NCBI GenBank assembly: GCA_965267575.1
Contig: OZ254086.1
Location: 2,439,805 to 2,503,804 of the forward strand
DNA: 64,000 bases
Direction of reading: 5' to 3'
From: Calditrichales bacterium
GTDB taxonomy: Bacteria > Calditrichota > Calditrichia > Calditrichales > J004
Positions 30,176 through 38,964 of the stretch are shown here, piece after piece; within the stretch, counting starts at the first letter, position 1, and each line of letters starts with the position of its first letter. The notes under the pieces were generated by a model. The model had not been told where the DNA came from and did no database searches. It saw only the letters and a list, made by a program, of their open reading frames with translations. The translations under genes were made by a program, and so were the position numbers.

Positions 30176-30427
30176 TAGATTTATCCCTAAACATTTGTTT
30201 TTTAATACTCTGCGGATAGTTTCTGAGTATTGCCAGGAGGGGTGATAAAACCGGGTGTCGCAGGTTTAAGTCAAAATAGAATTGTCTTAGGGTAAATGTG
30301 ACGGTTATATTATGAAAGCTAAAACAACGCTAATAAACCAAGTATATAATGTGCATAATTAGGAATGTTATAACATGGATTTTAGTACGTCTAATACTTG
30401 TTATTGTTTTTTAATAGGAGATTTGAA

Positions 30428-31510
30428 ATGAAAAAAGTAATATTTTTACTAATTATAACTCTATCAGCTTGCTCTGAGAAGTCATCAGAACCTAAAAATT
30501 TATATACAGTTTCAGGGATCATTTATCAGAATGGGCAACCAAGCATCAATACTGTTGTTTCCATTGATGATAAATTAAATTTATCGACCACGACAAATGA
30601 GAATGGTGAATTTTCTATTGGTAATGTTCCTGAAGGAGATAGATTATTTAAAACTTCAAAAACCTATGTTGATGGAAGTTTTGTTGAGAATACTTCAAAC
30701 ATTAGTGTAAATAATGACATTGAATTGAATTCACTTATTCTTCCAAATCCAACAAAACTAAATGACGTTAACGTTAAAACAGATAACTCGATAACACTAA
30801 CATGGTCACCTTCCAATGCATTAGATTTCAGGGAATATAAAATATACCGCAATTCAACACCTGGATTAGATGAGCAGACGGGTACTTTAGTTTATGTGAC
30901 TATTGATAAAAATGACACTTCGTTTGTGGACGAAAATCTGGATGCCTTAGAGACATATTACTATCGTGTATTTGTAATGAATGAGTTTAGCCGCCTTGGT
31001 GGCAGTAATATTGTGTCAGCTACAACAAATAATAAAAATTATATCTGGAATGGTGATTTTGAATTGCAGGAGAATCCTTTAGTTTGGTGGAATAGTTATA
31101 ATTTTGGTCAAATCCAAATTACAGATAGCATTAAGATTTCTGGTAACTATTCTTTACTGTTAAAATCTGAACAATCAAGTGTAGGTCATCTTCTCTCTGA
31201 TCTCTCAAAATGGGGGGCAACATTTAAATTAGTAGGAGACCGTACGTACAAAATATCCGGATGGGTTAAAACAGAAGGTGAGTATAGTGAATATGTTGGG
31301 GATTTTTGGGGTGATCAAACAACAGAAAAAGCCGGATTTTTATCTTATAGTTTTTTTGGAATATTAGGTGTTCCACCCAATTCAGATTGGACATACTTAG
31401 AAAAAACTTTTTTTGTAAGTTCAGCTGATGTAAATAATTTTAGTTTAAGTTTACGAAGCTCATGTGAGTATACTTGGTTTGATGACTTAAAATTGGAAAT
31501 AGTTGAGTAA
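30428..31510 (+). CDS. Lipoprotein with CarboxypepD_reg-like, fibronectin type III-like and CBM-like regions; low-GC gene
   Basis: Lipobox MKKVIFLLIITLSAC. FN3-like LTWSPSNALDFREYKIYR...YYYRVFV. One hand-counted 60-nt sample was 35% GC. Confidence 0.7.
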   Translation: MKKVIFLLIITLSACSEKSSEPKNLYTVSGIIYQNGQPSINTVVSIDDKLNLSTTTNENGEFSIGNVPEGDRLFKTSKTYVDGSFVENTSNISVNNDIELNSLILPNPTKLNDVNVKTDNSITLTWSPSNALDFREYKIYRNSTPGLDEQTGTLVYVTIDKNDTSFVDENLDALETYYYRVFVMNEFSRLGGSNIVSATTNNKNYIWNGDFELQENPLVWWNSYNFGQIQITDSIKISGNYSLLLKSEQSSVGHLLSDLSKWGATFKLVGDRTYKISGWVKTEGEYSEYVGDFWGDQTTEKAGFLSYSFFGILGVPPNSDWTYLEKTFFVSSADVNNFSLSLRSSCEYTWFDDLKLEIVE

Positions 31511-31624
31511 TTACACAATAACAAATCATTAACGCGGAACAAAAGCTCTGAGCATGATTGGGCAGATGGTAGTTTTACTTGCCTTTGTCCGGTTATCTCA
31601 GCGTTATAAGCACCAAAACTCTTC

Positions 31625-32059
31625 ATGGAAATAGTACAAACAAAGCTGCAGCACCAGCATACATGGGTGGCCGTTCGCAAGCGGCTTTGGCCCGGTGATC
31701 CCGAAAATCATAAACAGGAAACGGCCGCCATTGTTGCCGCGGATTCGGAAAACGCCTTCCTGCTGATCGACGGGCAGGGGAAGGCCCACGGTTTTATCGA
31801 AGGCAAGTACTACCACGCCAAAGGGCAAAAATACGGTCACGTGGAAGGCTGGTTTGTGGAGCCGCAGCTACGGGGGCAAGGTTTTGGCGCGCAACTGCTG
31901 GAGGCCCTCGAACACTGGTTCCTGCACCATTCCATCACCTGCTTCCATTCCGACACCATCGAAGAAGAGTATCCTTTGAGCAAACGGGCCCACATCCAAA
32001 ACGGCTATGAGCCGATCTATCAGATCACTGTCCTTTTAAAAAAGGCAGGGAGGAAATAG
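31625..32059 (+). CDS. GNAT acetyltransferase, aminoglycoside 6'-N-acetyltransferase-like
   Basis: WVAVRKRLWPGD...VEGWFVEPQLRGQGFGAQLLEALEHW resembles AAC(6')-I type enzymes. The assignment is by memory of motifs only. Confidence 0.65.
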   Translation: MEIVQTKLQHQHTWVAVRKRLWPGDPENHKQETAAIVAADSENAFLLIDGQGKAHGFIEGKYYHAKGQKYGHVEGWFVEPQLRGQGFGAQLLEALEHWFLHHSITCFHSDTIEEEYPLSKRAHIQNGYEPIYQITVLLKKAGRK

Positions 32060-32272
32060 CCATGTGGACTTTCTGCGTGCCGTAATCATTGTTTCTGTTT
32101 ATGCTTTTGGCTTGTGATGATACGGGCCGTGTTTACATCACACCTGCCCAAAAACTGCGCCGGATAAAGTGTGGTTGCATGATGGCCTTTAGATCCGCTG
32201 CCATTCTACCGTCCCGCATACGTTATTCCTTAATATATTTGCTTTTCACCCGATCATGAGCAATAGAATTTT

Positions 32273-32992
32273 ATGGAGCAGCGCAAGATGGCATCAGATA
32301 CACAAAAGGCCGGCTTTGAAATACCGGAAACCGTTCTCAAAAAATGGCAGGATATCATCGATACGATCGCTGAATTGTTTCATGTACCTGCCGCGCTCAT
32401 CATGCGTATTGTGGAAAGCGACATCGAGGTGTTTGTTTCCAGTAACAGCGCGGGCAATCCCTATAAACCGGGCGACCATGAACATTTTCTGGGGTCCGGC
32501 TTGTATTGCGAAACGGTGGTAAATAAAAACCGGAAGCTGCTGGTGCCCAACGCGCTGAAAGACGAAAAGTGGAAAAACAATCCCGATATTAAACTGAACA
32601 TGATTTCCTACCTGGGCTTCCCGATCCTGCAGCCGGACGGCAAGGCCTTTGGCACCATCTGCGTGCTGGATGATAAGGAAAACGCCTACACCGAAACCTA
32701 TGAAAAGCTTCTGGCGCAGTTCCGCGATATTATTCAGAACAACCTGGAGCTGGTTTATATGAACCATGTGCTGGGAAGTGAGAACAAGCGGCTGAGCGAT
32801 TATATGTCCGAGATACAGACCTTGCGGCGGATCGTTCCTCTATGCGGCCACTGCAAAAGTGTTCGCGATGATGAAGGCTATTGGCAGACTGTCGAAAGCT
32901 ATATCGCGCGGCTTTCGGAAGCACAGATCAGCCACGGCATTTGTCCTGCCTGTGTAAAAAAGTATTACCCCGAACTGGATGATGTTATCTAA
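32273..32992 (+). CDS. GAF-domain protein with a C-terminal Cys/His cluster
   Basis: GAF-like core (YLGFPILQPDGKAFGTICVLD). Tail PLCGHCKSVRDDEGYW...ISHGICPACVKKYYP. Confidence 0.7.
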   Translation: MEQRKMASDTQKAGFEIPETVLKKWQDIIDTIAELFHVPAALIMRIVESDIEVFVSSNSAGNPYKPGDHEHFLGSGLYCETVVNKNRKLLVPNALKDEKWKNNPDIKLNMISYLGFPILQPDGKAFGTICVLDDKENAYTETYEKLLAQFRDIIQNNLELVYMNHVLGSENKRLSDYMSEIQTLRRIVPLCGHCKSVRDDEGYWQTVESYIARLSEAQISHGICPACVKKYYPELDDVI

Positions 32993-33145
32993 GCCGGCCG
33001 CTTAAACTCACCCGTTTATTGCGCGACTGCTTCATTACCTTTCTTCCCGCCCAGGGACCCCGGTATTTTTTGATTACCTTTCTGCCTGTAATATTTTATC
33101 CCGGCCAGGGCAGTTTAATTTTCATCAGACGACAAAGGAGAGCAC

Positions 33146-34015
33146 ATGGCGGGCCTTAGTACAGCATTGCTCGTGCTGGCGGCCTTTTTCTGGGGCTTAT
33201 CCGGCGGGATCGGCGCCGTTCTGATAGCGGATGGCTGGGACGCGTTTGTCGTTTCGTTTTACCGTGGCGCGATCGGATTGCTGTTTGTTGCCGCCTGGCT
33301 GGCGCTGAGTCCGCGTGGCAGCGGATTGGCCAACGGCCGCTTGTGGTTCTGGTCGGCGGTTGCCGGGCTGGGTGTGGCAGGCAACTTTGCCTTCTATTTT
33401 ATCAGCATTGCCGAGGGCAGCGTGGCGGTGGCGGTTACGCTGATGTACTGCGCGCCGGTGTTCGTTTACCTCGTGTCGTTCCTGCTTAAGCTGGAAAAAC
33501 CTTCCCCGTTTAAGTGGTCGGCGATCGTGATCGTGATGATTGGTATTGTATTGCTTACCCAGGTGTATGACATCGGCGGCGGCGATGTTACGGCGGTTGC
33601 CGTGGGCGCCGGGCTGCTTGCCGGAATGTCTTACGCCGTGTTCATTTTCGGTTTTAAATATGCCGCGCCGCACGGCAGCCCGCAGGCCATTCTGATGATA
33701 GCGTTCGCCGTGCTTGCCGTCGTCCTCATCTGGCCGGCCGACAGCGGGCAGACCGTTGCCGCGCTGACCTCGCCGGGCTGGCCTTTGTTTGCCGCGCTGG
33801 GTGTGCTTGGCGCGGGACTGTCGTTTATCCTTTATGTTATCGGTCTTAGCCGCAGTACGCCGGCCGTGGCATCCATTGTGGCGATGGTCGAGCCGGTTAC
33901 CGCCGCGCTGTTTGGCGTTGTGCTTTTGCATGAAAGCCTGGACAGCATACAGCTTTTGGGCATGGGGCTGATATTGTTTGCCGTGACCGGGCTTAGCGTG
34001 CATTCGAGTCCTTAG
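33146..34015 (+). CDS. EamA/DMT-family transporter
   Basis: About 10 TM helices in two EamA-like halves. Confidence 0.88.
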   Translation: MAGLSTALLVLAAFFWGLSGGIGAVLIADGWDAFVVSFYRGAIGLLFVAAWLALSPRGSGLANGRLWFWSAVAGLGVAGNFAFYFISIAEGSVAVAVTLMYCAPVFVYLVSFLLKLEKPSPFKWSAIVIVMIGIVLLTQVYDIGGGDVTAVAVGAGLLAGMSYAVFIFGFKYAAPHGSPQAILMIAFAVLAVVLIWPADSGQTVAALTSPGWPLFAALGVLGAGLSFILYVIGLSRSTPAVASIVAMVEPVTAALFGVVLLHESLDSIQLLGMGLILFAVTGLSVHSSP

Positions 34016-34142
34016 CTGCCGGGCAGGGATGAGGTACCAGGGGCAAGCGCGATGCGGGCATCATTAATTTTTTAAAGGTTGTATGCCGGCGGTTGTATAA
34101 CAAAAATATCTTCATATCTTTATTAACATCTCCCCGCACGCA

Positions 34143-34625
34143 ATGGTAAAGAATATCTTTACAACGGAGAAGAATATGACACAACGCGAAGCAAGACCCG
34201 CCCTTATTTACCTTCTTTTGGCCTTGGTTTTTTTCCAGGGTGTCAGTGGCATCTTTGGTGGCATCGGCCTGGTGCTGGACCCGTCGGGCCGGGCGCTGCA
34301 GATTCCGCTCAAATGGCTGGCCGGCTCGCCTTTTGGCAATTATTTCATCCCGGGCATTATCCTGCTGTTTGTGCTGGGTATATACCCGCTGGTGGTTTTT
34401 TACGGTCTTTTCCGGCGATTGCCCTGGTCCTGGCCGGGAGCTTTGCTGCTGGGCATAGCCCTGCTGATCTGGATTGGTGTTGAGATTCTGGTTATCGGCT
34501 ACCAGCCGCAACCGCCGCTGCAATTGATATACGGTTTGGTGGGAGTGCTTATTCTTGCCGTGGCCCTGCTGCCTGCCGTGCGGGGATTTTATAGGGCGGG
34601 GGAGCAAATTAATTCGGGCCATTAA
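34143..34625 (+). CDS. Small multi-TM membrane protein (intact copy of the triplicated gene end)
   Basis: Four predicted TM helices. The start is uncertain (34143 or the internal ATG of MTQREARP). Its 3' part recurs at 38091 and 39149. Confidence 0.6.
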   Translation: MVKNIFTTEKNMTQREARPALIYLLLALVFFQGVSGIFGGIGLVLDPSGRALQIPLKWLAGSPFGNYFIPGIILLFVLGIYPLVVFYGLFRRLPWSWPGALLLGIALLIWIGVEILVIGYQPQPPLQLIYGLVGVLILAVALLPAVRGFYRAGEQINSGH

Positions 34626-34711
34626 ACAATCCGTCATTAAATTTTTGAGAATCCCAGACTCCAACGTTTATATTCCCCTTAAGCTTGCCACCATACTAAG
34701 GGGAAGAAATC

Positions 34712-34805
34712 ATGTTTATTAAACACGCATTGCTCATTGGCTCCTTTTGTTTTCCCCATTTCCGGTTGCAGCAGTAACGGTGATGAGAGTTCAACGGGAC
34801 CGGAA
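34712..34805 (+). pseudogene. Frameshifted 5' fragment of a paralogue of the 38325..38792 lipoprotein gene
   Basis: The ATG and signal-peptide region align with 38325..38420 (ATTTCCGGTTGCAGCAG shared). The reading frame from the ATG hits TAA after 21 codons. Similarity ends near 34805. Confidence 0.55.
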
Positions 34806-34809
34806 AGTC

Positions 34810-35088
34810 GGAGAGCCCCTGCAGTCGATCGCGCGGCCCATTTCATCTGTGGTCGAAAGCACGAATTGTTTGACGATGTTGACCTCCTTCCCGAAGCACA
34901 GGAAGCACATTGCCATAGTCTATGATGAATATGGCGGCCTTGATGGACTTGTTACCATGGAAGACCTGATGGAGACAGTTCTGGGCGATGAGATCATCGA
35001 TAAAACAGATCGGATTGTTGATTTACAGAAGGCCGCTCGTAAGTGCGAGTTTGATAGTAAAACCGGCGGAAAAGAGGATAAATTATGA
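34810..35088 (+). pseudogene. 3' fragment of a CBS-pair gene (CorC/HlyC-type), 5'-truncated
   Basis: Frame of ORF 34747..35088: ...FPKHRKHIAIVYDEYGGLDGLVTMEDLMETVLGDEIIDKTD is the second CBS / transporter-associated region. No N-terminal part is present. The stop overlaps the next gene's ATG. Confidence 0.6.
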
Positions 35089-35918
35089 GCTATGAACAAT
35101 TCCTTGCAGACCTGGGAAAACTACTGATTCAGTTTAAAGAAAACCTGATCGCATTTTTTCCGCAACTTGTTCTTGCGATCGTAATCGTCCTGGTCGGTAT
35201 TATCGTTGGCCGTATCTTCCGGGCGTTGGTGAACCGTTTTATCGGGGGGCTGGACCGGTTCGTTGCCAACCGAAAAGTCCAGGGCAGGCTCCAACAACTA
35301 CAGCTGGAACGATCCGGCAAGCTGGTTGGAAAGATGGTCTATTGGATCATCATCGTCTTCTTTTTGACCGCTGCCACGGAAGTACTCGGTATGCCCATCA
35401 TCACCACCTGGCTGAGCGGGCTGGTGCGTTACTTACCCAATATCCTGATAGCCGTAATGATCGTCTTACTCGGCATCATAGGCGGCCGCCTGGTGAATAA
35501 TTTCATCACTACCACTTCGTCCACGGCAGGATTGTTGTATGGAAATATGCTGGGGAGGATCGCGCAGTATGTCATTATCCTGATAACCATTTTAGTGGCC
35601 GTGGACCAGATCGGAATCGAAATCGCAATACTAACCGGCGTGATCAATATCGTTATAGCAGCCATTCTATTTGGCGCGGCCCTCGCTTTCGGGTTGGGCG
35701 CCCGCACATCGGTTAACAACATTCTCGCATCCTATTACCTGCAGGGCCGCTACCGCGAGGGACAAACGGTGAAAATCGGAGATTTTACAGGCCAGATTAT
35801 TCAAATTACTCCCACTGCGGTCATCCTGCAGACAGAAGAAGGACAGGTATCCGTTCCTGCCAAGAAGTTTAGCGAAGATATCTCCACGTTAGTGAAACGG
35901 GAAGGAGCCACAACATGA
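35085..35918 (+). CDS. Membrane protein with conserved-TM-helix repeats and an MscS-like beta domain (mechanosensitive channel-like)
   Basis: Repeated TM helix modules. C-terminal GQTVKIGDFTGQIIQITPTAVILQTEEGQVSVP resembles the MscS beta domain. Confidence 0.55.
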   Translation: MSYEQFLADLGKLLIQFKENLIAFFPQLVLAIVIVLVGIIVGRIFRALVNRFIGGLDRFVANRKVQGRLQQLQLERSGKLVGKMVYWIIIVFFLTAATEVLGMPIITTWLSGLVRYLPNILIAVMIVLLGIIGGRLVNNFITTTSSTAGLLYGNMLGRIAQYVIILITILVAVDQIGIEIAILTGVINIVIAAILFGAALAFGLGARTSVNNILASYYLQGRYREGQTVKIGDFTGQIIQITPTAVILQTEEGQVSVPAKKFSEDISTLVKREGATT

Positions 35919-36751
35919 ACAGCGACCTGCTCATACTGGAGAGTTTTATCAAACAGCACCCCGCGGATGTGGCGCGCATAGTGGAACGGCAGAAGGTCGA
36001 GGACAGCGCTGCACTGCTGCAGGAAATTCCTTTCGAGCTTGCCGTAGAAGTTTTTCGGCATCTGGAAAGCTACACGGCGGTGAGATGTCTTGAACTACTG
36101 GATGCCGACCGAGCTGCGGCGATTGTTGAGAAGCTTCCTTTACAGGTAGTGGCTGTTTTTCTGCGCCAGGTTAACGAAGAGCTGCGAGAGACGATCCTCG
36201 GGTTGGTAGCAGAAGAAACCGCCATCCCCTTACGCAGAATACTGAGTTATCCTCAGGGCAGTGCCGGTGCTCTGGCCGACCCGCAAGTGCTTACATTGCC
36301 GGACGACATTGCGGTCGAAGAGGCTTTAAGACGCGTTCAAAAACGCCCGGAGAATGCAATATATTATCTCTACCTTGTCAACCGGAACCAGGCGCTCAGC
36401 GGGGTTATTACTTTGCGCGAGTTGTTGTTGGCGCATTCCGGCGAGCCGCTTTCCGCGGTGATGTCTGCAGAGGTGCAGTGGTTACACGCAGACCTTGGTT
36501 TTCAGGCTATCATTAATCATTCCGCATGGCAGGAATATCACGCGCTGCCCGTGGTGGATAACAGCGGCATGCTGCTGGGCGTGGTTCGTTACGAGACGCT
36601 GCGGCGGATTGAAAAGGACAGCAAAAAAGGCGTTTTGCCGCGCCACGCGTTAACCGCCAGTGCTTCGCTTGGCGAACTGTATAAGATTGGACTCTCGAGT
36701 CTGGTTCGCAGTGTCACGATGCCGGTGAAGGATCTTTTAGAAGAGAAATAA
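35915..36751 (+). CDS. Soluble MgtE-like protein (MgtE N-domain + CBS pair, no TM domain)
   Basis: MgtE_N-like helices (AALLQEIPFELAVEVFRHL) and a CBS pair. Ends before any TM segment. 4-nt overlap with the upstream gene. Confidence 0.75.
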   Translation: MNSDLLILESFIKQHPADVARIVERQKVEDSAALLQEIPFELAVEVFRHLESYTAVRCLELLDADRAAAIVEKLPLQVVAVFLRQVNEELRETILGLVAEETAIPLRRILSYPQGSAGALADPQVLTLPDDIAVEEALRRVQKRPENAIYYLYLVNRNQALSGVITLRELLLAHSGEPLSAVMSAEVQWLHADLGFQAIINHSAWQEYHALPVVDNSGMLLGVVRYETLRRIEKDSKKGVLPRHALTASASLGELYKIGLSSLVRSVTMPVKDLLEEK

Positions 36752-36768
36752 AAAAAAGAGGCAGCCAA

Positions 36769-38085
36769 ATGCAAAAAACAGCTTCAATTGTTACCAGGTC
36801 TCTGATAGAGGGTTTCTTTCAGCTTTACCCGGGGGAAGCAGCGAGATTGCTGAATTCCTTTAAAACGCAAGAAATACTTAAGCATTTACAAGCGCAGCCA
36901 ATCGACCGCGCCGCGCAAATCTATGCCCTTCTAAACACGGATATTGCAGCGAACCTGATCGGGAGCATGGAAAAAGAATTCTTCTTGCAGCTTTTTACAT
37001 CCATTGATCCGTCGCTGGCAGGCCGATTGCTGGCCCGCCTTGATGACAAGGTTGTCCGGGAACGGCTGTCGCTATTGCCGGAAAACATTGCCAAAGAAAC
37101 AAGAACATTGATGCAATACCCACCGGGAACCGCCGGCCACCTGATGTATCGCCGGGTGTTGGCGTTCCATCCGGATGACAGCGTTGAAGACGCCCTGAAA
37201 ATCGTGCGTGCCACCCGCGACCGCCGAATTATATACATCTATCTTGCAGACGAGGATGGAAAACTTGTGGGCATGCTGCCGCTTCAGGAGATTGTCGTAG
37301 CCCAACCGAATGACCGGCTTGGCGGGCTGATCCACACCCGGCCCGTGACAGTCCAGGCGATGTCCCCCCTGGAAGATGTGGTGCAGCTTTTGGAAGAACG
37401 CAAGCTGATCAGCCTGCCGGTTGTGGACATCGAGGGCAAGCTGCTGGGCATTATCCGCAATGATGCTCTGGTTAGCGCTGCCCGGGAAGACGCCAGCGAA
37501 GACTTACAGGCAATGTTTGGCGCCGGCCGGAATGAACGCGCCCTCTCAAAAGTCTCGTTTGCAGTTCGTAAGCGGCTTCCATGGCTTGAAATGAACCTGG
37601 CAACGGCTTTCCTGGCCGCGGCGGTTGTCGGAATATTCGAGGATACCATTGCCAGAATTACGGTGCTGGCCGTATTCCTGCCGGTAGTTGCCGGACAATC
37701 CGGCAATACGGGCTCCCAGGCCCTGGCGGTGACCATGCGCGGCCTGGCCCTGCGCGAGATTCGCACACGCCACTGGTTTCGCGTGGCGCGCAAGGAGATT
37801 ATAGTCGGCAGCATAAACGGTTGTGCCGTCGCCCTGACCACCGCACTGATAGTGTTTTTTTGGGCCGGTTCCCTGAGCCTGGCTGCGGTGATCGCGGTAG
37901 CGATGGTGCTTTCTATGGCGATTGCAGGATTATCGGGTGCGGTTATCCCGATTATTCTTCAGGCCTTAGGCCAGGATCCGGCGCAATCCTCATCGATTGT
38001 CCTGACCACTGTCACCGATGTAGTGGGTTTTCTTAGTTTCCTGGGGTTGGCCACACTGTTTGCGAACGTTATCAACCCCGGTTGA
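36769..38085 (+). CDS. mgtE: Magnesium transporter MgtE (full length)
   Basis: MgtE_N, a CBS pair and the C-terminal TM domain with VAGQSGNTGSQALAV and TDVVGF motifs. Confidence 0.9.
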   Translation: MQKTASIVTRSLIEGFFQLYPGEAARLLNSFKTQEILKHLQAQPIDRAAQIYALLNTDIAANLIGSMEKEFFLQLFTSIDPSLAGRLLARLDDKVVRERLSLLPENIAKETRTLMQYPPGTAGHLMYRRVLAFHPDDSVEDALKIVRATRDRRIIYIYLADEDGKLVGMLPLQEIVVAQPNDRLGGLIHTRPVTVQAMSPLEDVVQLLEERKLISLPVVDIEGKLLGIIRNDALVSAAREDASEDLQAMFGAGRNERALSKVSFAVRKRLPWLEMNLATAFLAAAVVGIFEDTIARITVLAVFLPVVAGQSGNTGSQALAVTMRGLALREIRTRHWFRVARKEIIVGSINGCAVALTTALIVFFWAGSLSLAAVIAVAMVLSMAIAGLSGAVIPIILQALGQDPAQSSSIVLTTVTDVVGFLSFLGLATLFANVINPG

Positions 38086-38090
38086 GACCG

Positions 38091-38243
38091 TGGGGCATCG
38101 CCCTGCTTATCCGGATTGGCGTTGAGATTTTGGTTATCGGTTACCAGCCGCAACCGCCGTTGAGTTATAACCGCTTCGCGGTCCGTGTCTGCTGCGCGGG
38201 GTTTTATGGTTTGGCCGACATGAACGCGGGCGCAATAAAATAA
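38091..38243 (+). pseudogene. 3' remnant (copy B) of the 34143..34625 membrane-protein gene family
   Basis: Translates WGIALLIRIGVEILVIGYQPQPPL..., versus LGIALLIWIGVEILVIGYQPQPPL in the intact gene. No 5' part. Begins 6 nt after the mgtE stop. Confidence 0.6.
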
Positions 38244-38324
38244 ATCTTGCCACAAAATTTTGAGTATAGCGGCCCTAAGCGTTTATATTGCCTTTAAGCA
38301 CGCCACCATATAAGGGGAAAAATC

Positions 38325-38792
38325 ATGTTAATCCAACGCCTATTGGTTACAGGTCTCCTTTTATTTTTCATCATTTCCGGTTGCAGCAGCACGGATGATG
38401 ATAATGCAACCGGACCGGAGGACGGGCATCCCCCGGCTGAAATGATAGGCACGTGGATATTCCAGGCGGTAACGGTGGACAGTGTTCCCGCCAGCCTGGC
38501 GCTTGTAATGGAGTGGGTGCCGGATGCCGTGCAGGCCCGCTTCCATGTGGTGAATGATATCGGCTCTTTTGTTTATGAAGAGGTCAATCTTATGGGTGGC
38601 CAGCTCTACGCGGCATCGGGTTTTGTTTACGTGGAAGGCAACGAGATAGACATAAACCTGCTACAGGATCACGAGGGCAACGAACTAGATGAAACCATCT
38701 TTATGACGTTTGCCCTTGAAGCCGATACGCTGACCCTGAACGAAACGGACCAGGGGCAGGCTATCACCTATACACTTTACAGGAAGCAATAA
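38325..38792 (+). CDS. Small lipoprotein
   Basis: Lipobox LFFIISGCSS; 155 aa; no catalytic motif. Confidence 0.65.
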   Translation: MLIQRLLVTGLLLFFIISGCSSTDDDNATGPEDGHPPAEMIGTWIFQAVTVDSVPASLALVMEWVPDAVQARFHVVNDIGSFVYEEVNLMGGQLYAASGFVYVEGNEIDINLLQDHEGNELDETIFMTFALEADTLTLNETDQGQAITYTLYRKQ

Positions 38793-38964
38793 AAGCCTGC
38801 TATATTTGCCGCATTCCTGTGATGGTTTTTGGGGGGCGGGTTTATCTTTGGTATTACTAGGAACGGATTTTAGCCCGCCTTATACTGCGATATATATTTG
38901 AGCTTATTTAAAACCTGCAAACTACACGAAGCATCTCACATACACATAGGAGCGAAAACAAAAT

